The notes under the pieces were generated by a model. The model was not told where the DNA came from. It saw only the letters and a list, made by a program, of their open reading frames with translations, and did not search any database. 64,000 nucleotides of DNA from assembly GCA_951406725.2 (NCBI GenBank), contig OX597836.1, positions 28,954,001 to 29,018,000 on the forward strand, in the 5' to 3' direction. Source of the DNA: Octopus vulgaris (Eukaryota). Made by a program: the position numbers and the translations under genes. Numbering within the stretch: the first letter of the stretch is position 1; every line of letters starts with the position of its first letter. Shown one piece after another: positions 26,988 to 41,883 of the stretch.

Positions 26988-29081
26988 GTAGGCAAAACAA
27001 ATACCACAATCTGCATCCACTCATCCTATTTTTCCTATATTTCTTTGGGAGTGTACATATATGAATATATGTGTGTGTTGTAGCTGTGTGGTTTTTGAGA
27101 AGCTTCCAGATAAAACAAATAGAAAATTTCCCTCTCATTGGCTGTCTATCTATGGAACACTGCAGTTTCAGTCTCTTAGGACATGCTCACCAGTCCACTA
27201 GTGTCAATAAAGCACAGGCTTGTGGTTAAGTAGTTCACTTCACAACCATCTGGTTATGGCCCAGATTTTGCTATGTGCCAACTTAGGCAAGTATGTTTTC
27301 TTCAGATTGATTGATACCTTGTGAATTTACTTGATAAAAACTGTACAGAAGCTTATCAAATAGGACTGAATTTAATTACTCTTGTGAGAGAGATTAAACA
27401 CCCAATTTGGACAATTGCAAACTTCTTCTGTAATGGATTGAGAAAACTTTGTGGATGTTTGAGAAAGCCACTAGAAGTCAAAGTTTGACTATATAACACC
27501 ACACACACAGACACACAAACACGTATGTATGTATGTATGTCATTCAACTGCATTTGGTGGTAAGGTTCTAATTCAGGAATTGTGGGAAGCATAGTAAAAG
27601 GGTTAAGACCCCCTTTGGTCATGAATGAGCATGGGATTACACCTAGAAAGTTCCCCTCCAAGGCACAAGTCCAGGCAAGGTTGTTTTATGGAAGACCATC
27701 AGTCACCCATGCATATCAGCATCTCGTCTCTGTCACTGATGTTATCCAAAGGAAAATAAAGGGCCGATATAGCTTGGCCCCAGTGAAATCACAACTCATT
27801 TCTACAGCTGAGTGAACTGGAGTTACATGAAAATAAAGTGTCTTGCTCAAGAACACAACACACAGCCCAGCCTGTGAATCAAACTCACTACAACATGATC
27901 CTGAGCCTGACACTCTAACCACTGAGCCATGCACCTTCACACTGTGGGAAGCATGAAGTCACCCCTTAATTACCATTACTCCTTGGTTTGTTCTGACCCA
28001 GAACAATTGTGTCTGTCAGGATCCCATCAATTGATTAAATAGATTTCCCAGGGGTAGAGGAGGCTCCTGATATTTTTTGACAAAGGCATGGCGAAAGCAG
28101 ATCTTCTTGGAGAATGATATTCTGACATAAAACTTGCAATCAAAGTAGCACCAGTCATCTTGTAACGCTTGTCACTGGAACAAAGGTGATAAGCTGGCAG
28201 AAACGTTAGCACGCTGGGCAAAATGCTTAGCGATATTTCATCTGCCTTTACGTTCTGAGTCCAAATTCTGCCAAGGTCACCTTTGCCATTCATCCTTTTG
28301 GGGTCAATAAATTAAGTACCAGTTGCGTACTGAGGTCGATCTAATTGACTAGCCCCACCCCACCCCAAAAAAATTTCGGGCCTTATGCCTAGAGTAGAAA
28401 AGAATACATGGTACCAAGATAAGGTGGCGAGCTGGCAGAAACATTAGCATGCTGGGCGAAATGCTTAGCGGTATTTCATCTGTCTTTACATTCTGAGCTC
28501 AAATTCTGCCGAGGTCAACTTTGCCTTTCATCCTTTCAGGGTGGATAAATTAAATACCAGTTGCATACTGGGGGGTCAATCTAATCGACTGCCCCCACTT
28601 CCTTCCCCAAAATTTCAGGCCTTGTGCCTAGAGTAGAAAAGGAAAAAACAAAATACTTGTCACTGGAACCTTCTATGGTGACCAAGAGAGTGACAAAAGT
28701 GTTGTACAAGCTTTTGTCACATAAATTCAATGACATACAAATGTCCCACTATCATTTTATTGTGAAATGGCTATCATCTGACTAGACGAGGTAGTCATCA
28801 TTGTGTGTGTATAGTTAGGCATAAAAACAACCAAACATTAATTGAAAGAGCACTCAATACATTTATGTTGTGTTAAATCTATTTTTACAAAGAAAGTTTT
28901 GCAGTTTTTTATAGACGTAGGAGTGGCTGTGTGGTAAATAGCTTGCTTACCAACCACATGGTTTCAGGTTCAGTCCCACTGCGTGGCAAGTGTCTTCTTC
29001 TATAGCCTCGGGCTGACCAAAGCCTTGTGAGTGGATTTGTTAGACGGAAATTGAAAGAAGCCTGTCGTATATATGTATGTA

Positions 29082-29114
<33 letters not shown>

Positions 29115-29530
29115 GTGTGTGTGTGTGTGTATATATATATATGTATGGGTGTATATGTTTGTGTGCCTGTGTTTGTCCCCCCCTCCAACATTGCTTGACA
29201 ACCAATGCTGGTATGTTTACGTCCCCCGTCACTTTGCAGTTTGGCAAAAGAGACCAATAGAATAAGTACTAGGCTTACAAAGAATAAGTCCTGGGGTCGA
29301 TTTACTCGACTAAATGCAGTGCTCCAGCATGGCCACAGTCAAATGACTGAAACAAAAGCATAAAAGTGTTGTTCGCTTGGTTACCAACACTACAACAACA
29401 TCAACTCTACGGCACCACTATCATCAACACTATACCATTACCACTGCTAGGCTGCTACCAACACTATAGCAACAACAACAACAACAATAACACTACAGCA
29501 CCACTACCAGTCTGCTACGAACACTATACC

Positions 29531-29562
<32 letters not shown>

Positions 29563-32500
29563 CAACACTGCACCATCACCAGCATTACACTGCTATCGTC
29601 ATAGCAACAACAACAACATTACATCACCACTACCATCACCACCCCCATCACCACCCTAGCAGAAGTGATGCTGCCAGTAAAAAAATAAAAACTCTCTGAT
29701 CCATTAATGGTTCATGGTGGACTTGGATATGGCGGCGAATGGATCAATATATCAAACACTGATACATTTAACTATGGTATGATGTCATTGTGGTGGGTTG
29801 GTGGGGGGGTGGAGTTGGGGTTTTTAAGCTGGATGGTCAATGGGACAGTGTTCTAATTACCATATATTGATGGCAAATGATCAGAAACCATTATACAGGA
29901 GATTCCAGAATAATTTATGTTTTTGTTGTTTTTTAAAATGGTAGTGACGACGATGATGGTGGCGGTGGTGGTGGTGGTGGTGGTGGTGACAGTGATGACT
30001 GCAACAGTAATGACAAGCATGGGTGGTGGTGGCGGTGGGGGAGGAGTGACTTTTGCGGTGATGTAGTGACGATGTTAGCAGAGTTGAATGCTGTTGCTTA
30101 TTATTATGATGATGATGATGATAATAATAATGACTGTATTAGTGGTGGTGATGTTGATGGTGTTTAACCCCAGGTTGACCCTGGTTGAGCAGACTTAAGA
30201 TCAGAGATATTCCAACCATGACCACAAGTGGTGTTGTCGAGGAGGAAGGGATTTCAGTTATGTTTAAGTTTCCAACCAGTTATAAAGTTCCTTCAGCACT
30301 GATTACTGGGGCCCCTATTTTAAAGCCACTTGTGGATTGGTTGAATGGGTGCCACATAAAATGCATCTTTGCTGAGGCCATATAAAAAAAGAGATCAGTG
30401 CATTCAGTGAAGTGGTTGACATTAGAAAGGGCATCAAGCCAAAATAATTGGGGCCTGGTGTAGCCCTCCAGCTTGCCAGCATCTGTCAAACCATTCGACT
30501 GATGCCAGCATGGGAAATGGACATCAGATAATGATGATGATGACGACAACGAGTGGTGGTGATGGTGGTGGTGGTGATAGTGAACAGAGACTCCCTTTCA
30601 CTGATTCCTGTGGTCCCTATTGTGGAGAAGGTGAAAAAGCAAGGGAGGGAGATTTGGTTAATCAGTTCCATCATCAATTACTGACTCATTATAAACAGGA
30701 AGTTGTGATGTTCATCCATCCATCCATCCAATCATCTCTGCCCACTAACCCTGGAAGGGTTGTAGGGGTAGAGTCCCCAGGCACCTTCTCCATAGGATCC
30801 TATCAGAAGGAATCCCAAGCAACAAATCAACTGAGACTATGGATATTATCCAACCATCTCATCCATTATATCCCCAGGTCTTCTGCTGGTTGACTCAGCT
30901 TGAAGAATTTTTTTTTTTTACAGTTCTTTCCCATGACATTCTAATCATGTCTGTAGCACCAGGGCTGTGACTGCTCAATGCAGAGATGCAACGACTTGAC
31001 TTGGAGACATTCTATCATCTCCAAGCTATGTACCCTGTTGAGTAACATTATGCCAGAGATTCTCTTGGAGGAAACCCTTTTTGGCTATTCGTATTCTGAA
31101 AGCTGTAATCACTGTTTTCTCATTTGTTACTCTTGGCTGCTTTGTAAGTGGTGGCAGTGATGACAGCAACTACGATGACAAGGATTGTGTGATGATGGAT
31201 GATGACGATGACGATAATGATGATGCTGATGATAGCACTGAGTGTGTGATGACATTGCCGACGGTGTATATAGGACGTTTGGTGGTCAGTCAAAAGACAT
31301 CAAAGTAGAGATGTGGTTATGAAGTCATCAGAAAGTTTCTGCATCATATTAATATTTGTTCAGAGACCATTATTGCCAACTTTGGCTGTTTGCCCCTCTA
31401 CTGCCATTACCACCCACACCACCACCTCTGCTTGTCATTGTCTTTGCTATCGTCATCGTTGTTGTTATTGCTAATGTCATTGATTTTTTTTTATTGTTGT
31501 TGTTGGGTTGGGGATTTTTTTTTTCATGTTGTTGTTGTTATTGCTGTTTCCTTGGGAAACCATGAGGTCATTGTATTAATTAATTCTACATAGACATTTC
31601 TCCATCCTTACATCACCACCACCATCACTGCTGCCCTCACCTCCATCACCACCCACTGCTATATATATTCATCTATCTGGCTATCCAGCAACATTCCTTT
31701 ACCTATGTAGTTGTCTGCTTAACTAAACGTATCTATTTGTCTTTCCATTCTCCATTCATCCATCTATCTGTCCTTCCATCTATCACTCTGTTGGCCAATC
31801 TGTCTATTTGTTATCTGTCTGTTAGTTTATGTCCATCTTTCTGCCTATCAGTATATCTATGTGTTTATCTTTCTGCTTGTTGATCTATCTTATCTTCTCA
31901 ACATCTGTCAATCTATCTGCTTATCTGCCATTATATCTATCTGTCAGTTTTTCTGTCTGTCCACCCACAATATATGTCAGTCTATCTGCATATCTGACAG
32001 TATGTATATCTGTCTATTTTTCTTATCTAGTTACTCACCCAATTGTCAATCTGTCAGTTTCTTTACTGCAAAAAAGTTTTCATCTGACCACAAACACCCC
32101 TCATCCAGATCAACCTAGTGGAAGTTTTCAATATGACTCCATTCCCATATTGTCTTGTGGGCAATGAGGAAGTTAGCCATGGATGCTTGGCTTCTGAGAA
32201 CTGGTCAAGCGGCAGATGAGGGGGAGTGGAATGGAAGTAGGATCAAAGTTAACAGAACATTTAGTGTGCAATGTAGATGGCTGTTTCCAACCATTGTTGT
32301 CTTAGACTTCTTCTTGTGGAAGTTGTTCATAATTTCAACAAAATGGTTAAAACTCTTTTATGGTGACACTTACAGGGTGTTCAGGCTAAATTTGACAGGT
32401 TGTACAAAAGGAAAACAAAGCCCAATATCACATTCAAAAATGGAAGTATTTTTTAGAAAAGTAGAAAAATATCAACTAGATTATAGCTGGCAGGTAACAG

Positions 32501-33677
32501 TTTACTCAGAGTGGCCACCCTCAGCTTCCACCATGGCCACAGGATAGCTCTGCAATCTGGTTCATACATTCCTCACTGTGTCCCTGGGAAGATCTTCAAA
32601 CACCTCCTTGATCTCGGCCACCAGATCAGCTTTGGTGTTGCAGATAGAGCAGTCGGTGTCTTTCTCAACGATGCCCCCTACTCAGTAATCCAAGAGATTA
32701 CAATCTAGAGAATTAGGAGGCCAGAAATTGGGGCTGGTGAAGTCATAGAGATTTTCCGACAACCATTTCTGATGCTTTCCGGAGGCATGGCAATAAACCA
32801 AATCCAGCTACCACCCATCTGGCCTTTCAGCATCAACCTTCACCAGCTAGGGTTTGCCAGTCTCCAGCAACTTCATGTAGCTGTTTGAATTGAGCTTAAG
32901 GCCCTGCTCAAAGATGTGGAAATGAATTCTGGCATGCAGACACAGTCAGAATGCCTGCTGTGCCACTTCCTGCTAGCCATGGCTTTGTCGTCTCTGTTAC
33001 AGCTGTCTATGTCACATCTTACAGCCTTTACAGTGTTTACAGAGCATTGTGCAACAGTCATGATGCTGACATTTTGATACTTGGTCTGAATCATCATGTC
33101 ACAGGTCACACTTTTCCAATATTCAAATGGCTTTCTGTCCTCCATGTCAGCTAGCTTTTTCTCAACTACAATTTCAATCTTTATGTTCTCCAATGCCATT
33201 GACTCTTCAGCAACATATCAAGCTGTTTCTGTAAAACGAAGACTTACAAAATTGCCAAATTTAGTCTGAACTCTCCTGTAGGACTTATTATTCCAAAATC
33301 TCAAAATCTATCAAAAGAACTCCTAAGGGGGATTGCTGAAATAGATACTACCCCACTGTCTCTTAATATGTGAAAATATAAAGTAGAAGCATGAAACGAA
33401 GAGAGACAGCATGAATCAAACAGTCTGCGGGTTAACAAGATCAAAATTAAGCCACTAGATAATAACAGACATTACAAGGACAGTGCAGTTTGAGGGATGT
33501 TGTTGTGTTGCCTTGTATATATGTGTGTGTATATCTATGTGTTTTTGTGTGTGTGTGTATGTATGTATGTAATTGTGTGGAGAGGAGTGTATGTATATGC
33601 ACTTATCAAACTTATTGTACCAATGCACGAAACTCTTGGCCCTTGAGTCACTCTGTAACATATGCAGATTATGAATA

Positions 33678-33709
<32 letters not shown>

Positions 33710-36257
33710 AGATAGATAGATAGATAGATATATAGATATAGATAGATATATGATATGAAGGTGGGAACAGCAGCAGGTCCATTACATATAGTTGTGGAGA
33801 TAACTGAAAACATTGAAAATATTTGGCAAGGTAGGGCTCGAGCTAGTCACTCTTACAATTAATTAATTAATACAGGGCAGTGACATAACCAGTGGCTGGT
33901 GCAGCAGTCAGTATAATCATCAATTGTTACAAAGTCAAAAGAGATTCTTTGGAAAGAAAAAAAACTGCGGCAGCATCAAACTGATGGGTGAAGTTACGAA
34001 AATAATGGAAAGAGTATTTGCACAATTAATTAAGAAGAGAATCAATTTAGATGAGATGCAGTTCAGAATTATGCCAGATCATAGTACGACTGATGCTTTT
34101 TTCATAGTAAAACAGCTGCTAGAGAAATTTTTAGATAAGAAAAACACCTCTCTACCGAGCGTTTGTTGACCTGGAGAATATCTTTGATAGGGTGCCATGA
34201 TCTGAAGTCTGGTTGTCTTGAAGAAAACTCAGTGTATAGAAATGATTTGTGAGAGTGGTACAAGCCCTGGGCAGGAATTCAGTCAGTGAAGTGAGAGTTG
34301 GCAATGAGTTCAGTGAGAAATTTAGGGGGTAGGTAGGTGTTCAGCAAAGGCCCTGTTCTCAAACATCCCTTCGATTTATTATAGTTCTCCAGGCTGTAGC
34401 AGAGGAATTCAAGATTGGCTGTCCTGGGAATTCCTCTATGTTGATGATCGAGTCCTTATCACAGTCTGTGAAGCATTTAGATTGAGTCCTTATCACAGTC
34501 TGTGAAGACATTCCAAATGGTTAAAGCTCGTGGTTGTATGGTGGTAGGTGGTGTGTGTGTGTGTGTAAATGCAAATATTGTAGTTGTTGTTGTTGTTGGG
34601 GGTTGTAACCAGGGTTTGCTTATAACTTGTTCTTTTCACTGCTTCTTTTCAGACAACAGATAAGCCTGAAAAATCTGACCTGTTTGATTCCAGTGAAGAT
34701 GACTTTGTCTCTTCGAAACCCAAGGACAAGTAAGTTTGGTGCCTTTCGACAACTTGGTTTGAATTTAATTCTATAAAGTACAGTATAATATGTCTTGTTT
34801 AAGATCTAGTCATTAACAATTATTGATATATTTGATCTAGAAATGCGTCTTGTTTAAATTCAAGCTATTAACAATCATTATACTGATGATGAGAGAAATG
34901 CTGTGTTTGTAGGTAGTTGTGTGTCTTGTCTAAGGTCAGGCCATTAATAATGATTACACAAAGCTAGAAGTGTGATTGATGTGAGATTTAATGCAACACT
35001 AACTGCATGGCTCATAGCTTGATTTTCATTCCTTACAATGAAAGAAGAATTGGGGGGGGACATGTTTCAATCTATTAGACCTCATCAGGATAGCACAGTC
35101 TAAGTCAGCTAATCAACTGACATATTTTATACAGCCACGTGCCATTATTTAAATGTGAGCTAGCCATGTATCATCTCCATAGCAATACTCCTGTTTGTCC
35201 CTTACAAAATCTTCTCTTCATCATCTCATAATACCCTACACACACACACACACACACACACACACTTAATCAAAGGGAATTTTTTCTTTCTCATTCTTCC
35301 CCTTTTTTCTTGTCCTTGCAAGTTGCTTAGCAACCCTGCTAGAGCTGGTAGAATGGAAAAAATCCACCCAATATACACCGTAAAGTAGCTGGCATTAGGA
35401 AGGGCATCCAGTCATAGAAACCATGCCCTGTGGCTCAGCAGACTCTGTCAAACCATCCAGCCCATGCCAGTATGGAAAATGCTTCAAATTTATTGCAGAT
35501 TTTGGCACAATATTAGGGGAGGGGTAAGTCGGTTGCATCACCCCCAGTGCTCAATTAGTACTTATTTTATCCCCACCCCCACAACCACCCCAAAAGGATG
35601 AAAGGCAAGGTTAGCCTCAGCAGAATTTGAGCTCAGAATGTAAAGACAGACCAAATACTGCTAAGCATTTCACCTGAGATGCTAATGATTCTGCCAGCTC
35701 ACTGCCTTACATAGTAAACAGATATTAAATGATGATGACAGTGATGCTGGTGACAGCAGCATCATCCAATGTTTGGCATAAAAATAATGAAACAACTGGA
35801 TGCCGTCCACAGTATCTCAGAATGACTTTGTTATGCAATAGTTTATCATAAAGACTTGCTGAGCCTAGAGTCTCTATATAAAGGGTTAGTCTGGTTTGTT
35901 AGAAATAGCAGCCAAATTATCCTTCAAACTATTGTATCCTGTCTTAGCCAACTTACTTGTTAGAGTTAGAAAAGTTACTTCGAGTCTCCTAAAAACTTCA
36001 GTTCGTGATTTTCATTTACGTGTGTTCGGAAGCAATTCCAATGTGTGTATTATTGTTGCTAAGTGATTATCAATAATCACTAATCCATAGGTGCAGGTGT
36101 GGCTGTGTGGGTAAGAAGTATGTTCACGCTTCCCACCAGTGTTATTTCGGGTTCAGTCCCACTGCAGGGCACCTTGAGCAAGTGTCTTCTAATATAGCTC
36201 TGGGCCAATCAAAGCCTCATGAGTGGATTTGGTATACGGAAACTGAAGGAAACCTGT

Positions 36258-36314
<57 letters not shown>

Positions 36315-37649
36315 TTGTCTTGACATCTCATGATAGTATAAAATAATTGCCAGTCATAGAAGCAGTGTCGTTCATCTCCAATATTCTGCAAGAACATGTC
36401 TGGCTACAAAGAAGTATTATATTGTTTGTGTGTGTACATGCAATGGACTTCTTTCACTTTCTGTCTACCACATCCACTCTCTAGTCTTTGGTTTGCCTGG
36501 GATTATTGTAGAAGACACTTGCCCAAGGTGCCATTCATTGGGATTGAACCCAGAACCATGTGGTTGGGAAGTAAACTTCTTATCACACAGCCATACCTAC
36601 ACATACATACGTGTATACATATGTCCATTCATGTATGCATGCAGACAAACACACACAAAGAGAAACAAATATAGGTAGATTTTATGTTATCTTAGAGGTT
36701 TTTTTCTTTTTTTTTTCTTTTTGTTAATTGCATCCTTGAGACTCACTGATTGGAATTATAACCATCTACACATATACTCACACATACACACACACACATA
36801 CATACACACTTGACTGAACTTATATCTGCCATCTCTTGCAGTGTGAAGAAGAAGCCAGTTGGCGGTGTGTCCATATTTGGAGGTGCAGATTTATTTTCAA
36901 GCAAACTTCTTGCAAAAGACAAAAAGGTCAGTGTTCTTCTCTTAAACATGAAGTCTTCTTCAAAAAATAATTTATATACGTGTGTGCGCATCTGTTTGCT
37001 GTGTATGTATGTATGTATGTATGTGTGTGTAAACAATGGTATGTAAAAGACATTTCTTGATGGCACATCTATTAGTAATTTAATCCAGGTGGCTAGGTAA
37101 GCGGTGTATCTAAACAGATGCAACACTACCCAGGTGGGCATCACTGTCTTTGCCTTTGAATAATTACATCTGTGTGTGTGTGTATTGGGTGGACCAAAAG
37201 TCATGCACAAAATAAGTTCACTGTGCTCCAGAATTGTCAAAGACATGCTACAATCTTTCTAAAATTGAATAAAATAAAATAAAGATGAATATACACGTAC
37301 TCGTACACGATATGCAAAATAATAATAATAATAATAATAATAATGCAATATATCTATGTGTGTTGGTCTGTACTTGTCCCCTCTACCCTCATCACTGTTT
37401 GACAACCTGTGTTGATGTCTTTATGTTCCTGTAACTTAGCGGTTCATAAATGAGACCAATAAAATAAGTACTAGACTTTAAAAATAAATCCTGGTGTCGA
37501 TTTGTTCAACTAAAATCCTTCAAGGTGTTGCTCCAGCATGGCCACAGTCAAATGACTGAAACAAATAAAAGAAACTAAAATGTTAAATGTTTTGATGTTT
37601 TGGTGTATGCCTTTTGGCCCACCCTCTCTCTCTCTCTCTCTCTCTCTCT

Positions 37650-37701
<52 letters not shown>

Positions 37702-40700
37702 CGGGAAGCTTTATGAAAATAGACAAAAGACGAAGGCAGGTGGAAAACAAACAAACAATTGTATTAGTATGGCGCTCAGGAAAAATAAATAAAACAAGTC
37801 TTTAACGTTTCGAGCCTACGCTCTTCAACAGAAAGATACACAGAGAGAAAAAAACACAGAAAGAAGGAGAGAAAAAAATGCGTGCAGTAACTAACGAACC
37901 AAAGCTTAGCAAAAGGTGTACATACACTACTATATATATAAATCCAAAAAATGGAATAAGAATGTAACAGACAACAACAAAAACATATGGACAGATAAAC
38001 GATACAAAGATGGACAGACAAAACCCAGAGCCTCTCAACAGAAGTATGGTAATGAAAGGGTTAAGCATTTCTTTATTGTTGATGTATTAATTTCTGTATT
38101 GATCCCATTCATTCTTGTTCTTGTTCCCAGAAAGAAGAGAAGCCAGATGAGCCAGCACCAGCTCCTGCAAGAAAGTCTACGACATTGTCTCTCTTTGATA
38201 ATGATGAGGAGGAGGATGATGATTTCTTCAACTCTGTGTCCAAGCCATCACCTTCTTCACAGTCTTCAGACAGTAGTACTACTACTGCTACAACCACATC
38301 CACACCTGGAAGCTCTTACAGTAGCAAAACAACGACTGTGGTGTCGACAGTAAGTATTTATTTTTTTAATGGCTTAGCCAAGAAGAGAGAAGGGCTCAGT
38401 CCCTAAATTGGGACTGGATGGGACGAAGAGAGAGAGAGAGAGAGTGTATTACTCTCAGACTCTGCCAAAGGCACCCAAAAAGTGTCAGATGAGGATGTTA
38501 AACTGGACAGGAATCCCCAAAATAGGAACAATCCCTCTAATGCGCTTCCACACAGTTTGTTTCTACCAAATTTTATTCTCAGGGCCATTAGCAGAAGACA
38601 CTTGCCATATCAGGGGTTAAACCTTAAACTACACATTAGGGACCATACACATATGCCTAATGGATCCTTTCGTTTCTTTCCTTTTTTCGAGGACGTTTCC
38701 ACCTCCTCGACTTCCTCCCACTCTTCCTCCACTGAGGGAGCAGTATTTTGATTAACTACTCCAGAACCCTATATTAGTCCTTTGGGCAGTTCTCTTTTAT
38801 ATGTCCCGGCTCCAGGCACAGGTGACACTTGGTGGGGCATCCCTCAAGCATCACCATCTACTTTTCCACCTCCGATCATCAGTCACTTAAGTTCAATTGG
38901 TGATGTCACAATTGGAATGTTACTGTTCTTACATTGCATCATGGGATTGTTTTTGTTGTTTTTTTTTTAATCAACTAAACCTAATTACTGCTTCATTTTC
39001 TCACTCACTCTCTCAACTCCAGAACTTTAACTAAACAGCAATGTATGTGAGTATACTTGTATGTATGTATGCTATTGTATTTCTATATATCTGTGTATCT
39101 GTTTCTATTTGAACTTCTTTATGTATATGTGTGTGTGTCTGTATGTGTGTTCTTCCAAAAACCTTCATTTTGTATTCTGTTGTTGAGAATGTTATGAGAA
39201 TTCAGTCGCTTTCTTTCCTCCTTCTACTTAACTTTTTGTACAGCTCCCCTTCTATTCTACTGTTTGTCTATCTGCTTTTTCTATTTATTCACTTATCTCG
39301 TTATCCATCCATCTTATCTCTCCTGCCAGCCATTTATCTATCTAGCAATCTATCCCTCACTCTGTTGTCTCTGTCTATATCCATCTGTTAATCCATCCAT
39401 ATCTTTATACAATTAGGTATCTATTTGTTACTCTTTAATTATCCATTTCCCTTTTCTTCTATCTTTCTCCCTCCCAGACTAAAGTTCGAACTAAATCACT
39501 ATTTGAAGATGAAGACATTTTGTTTAGATCTTCTGAAGAAAATCCAACGGTTGACCTATTCAGCTCCCAAGGACCCTTGGCATCAAAGAAGGTAAACAGT
39601 ATTGAAACACACCATTTCTTTGTTTATTTTTTGATTTTACAATTTCTTTCAAAAGTAAAAGATCTGTGTCCTAGGAAAGGGTTGTGGTGACGGTGGCAAC
39701 TGCTGCAGCTTGGTCTCACCTTTTATTTCAACAGTCTGAGACCTTTCGCCATTGGGGCCTTATTAGGCAAATTGTTTGTCCTCGTTAATTCTTTTTCTTT
39801 TATCCCTTTCACTGCAAAATTCCGTTTATAATATTAAATATCTACCAAAAAAATAGAATTTATATTTTCTGCAATTCCTGTTCAATAAACTTGACATATT
39901 TCAACAGAAAATAGTTTCAAACATGACAAAAGATAGATGAAGATATAAGACTGCTTTCCACTGGAAGGGGTAATGAAATTTTGAGTGAATATAGCTCCTT
40001 TCCATAGTAAAAGGGTTGACTATATTCTAGCAAGGTGAATTTAACATTTCATGCTTTGGGGACGATGGGGTGGGAGTAGATTCTTCAGATTTTGTTTGCA
40101 ATAAATATTTGTTTCTTTATTGCCCACAAGGGGCTAAACATAGAGGGGACAAACAAGGACAGACAAATGGATTAAGTCGATTACATCGACCCCAGTGCGT
40201 AACTGGTACTTAATTTATCGACCCCGAAAGGATGAAAGGCAAAGTCGACCTCGGCGGAATTTGAACTCAGAATGCAACAACAGACGCAATACCGCTAAGC
40301 ATTTCGCCCGGTGTGCTAACGTTTCTGCCAGCTCGCCGCCTGTTTGCAATAAATATTGTTTTGTAGCCCCTACACTAACTGTCACCTTTTTGTTGTCTTA
40401 CATGTTCAAACTGAGCAGATCTGGCCTCTCGTACTTACCCTACAATATCATTCCGAAAAATAAACAATCACATCATTGAAATCTTAAAGCTGTGAGACAC
40501 TGCCTGATTATTTCAAAACAATGCCAACACCAGTGCCAGTGGCACGTAAAAAGCACCATTCAAGAATGGTCGATGCCAATGCCGCATAACTGGCCCCCAT
40601 GCTAGTGGCACGTAAAAAGCACCCACTACACTCTGGCATTAGGAAAGGCATCCAGCTGTAGAAACCTAGCCAGATCAGATTGAAGCCTGGTGCAGCCCCC

Positions 40701-41403
40701 TGGCTTACCTCAGTCAAACCGTCGTCCAACCCATGCTAGCATGGAAAGTTGACATTAAACAATGGTGATGATGATAATGAATGTCAATAAATAAGCATTT
40801 CATTTGACAGAGGAATCCAAATGTTAAAAAATTGAAGAAAATAATCTGGTCTTTCCCTTTGTCAAAACCAATCCATTTTTGCTATTTCAGAATGAGCAAC
40901 AAACTTCAGAACGAAAGGAGTCCAGTTCTGATTTATTTGCAGACGATGGTTCCACATCAGTGGAGAAGAGTAGTATTAAAATAGTAAGAAAATATTTTGT
41001 TACATCTCTTCCTTTTGTTCTTATTGTATTATTTATCTGAGCAACATTTTGGGCAAATGTCTTTAACCTTGGGTAAACCGATGCCTTTTCAGTGAAATTT
41101 GTTAATGGAAACTGCATGGAAGCCCTTTGAAGGGAGTTTTTTGTGAGGATGAACATAATCTTAACACCTGGTTTAATACTGCTACCTGGTCTTTCAGTAT
41201 CCTTAATTAAATCCACTCCATTGAAATTATCTAATCAGGTCTCTGGTCTATGGATAAATGCCATTCCTCCATTCTTCTGTCATAGAAACAAAATGCTCTC
41301 ATTCATTTGTCTTTTAACTCATAACAATCCTTGTAGTAATACAGTAATACCAAGCATGGTTACAAATATATATCTATATATATACACACACACACATATA
41401 TAT

Positions 41404-41434
<31 letters not shown>

Positions 41435-41840
41435 CATACACACACACACACACATATATATATATACACACACATATATATATATACACACACATAAATG
41501 ATGTGAATTTGCTACCCAGGTATCGGTTAAACGAATTATCCATAAAAAGATATTTCATTTTTCTACTCAAATATTCATATATACACACATATATATATAT
41601 ACTCATATATATATACACATATATATATATATACATATATATATATACACACACAAGAAGTAAATATATGACGCTAATGTATAGCTTCACCACTACACAT
41701 TAGCGTCGTATTTATTACGTTCGCTATTTTCCAGTAAATATCGGTACTTTGTTGTGCCATATATTTACTTCTATGTATAATTTTCCCTCACGGGCTATTC
41801 TTTACTGGAAAGCAATACTCTCGTATTGCATTACTGTTTT

Positions 41841-41883
<43 letters not shown>

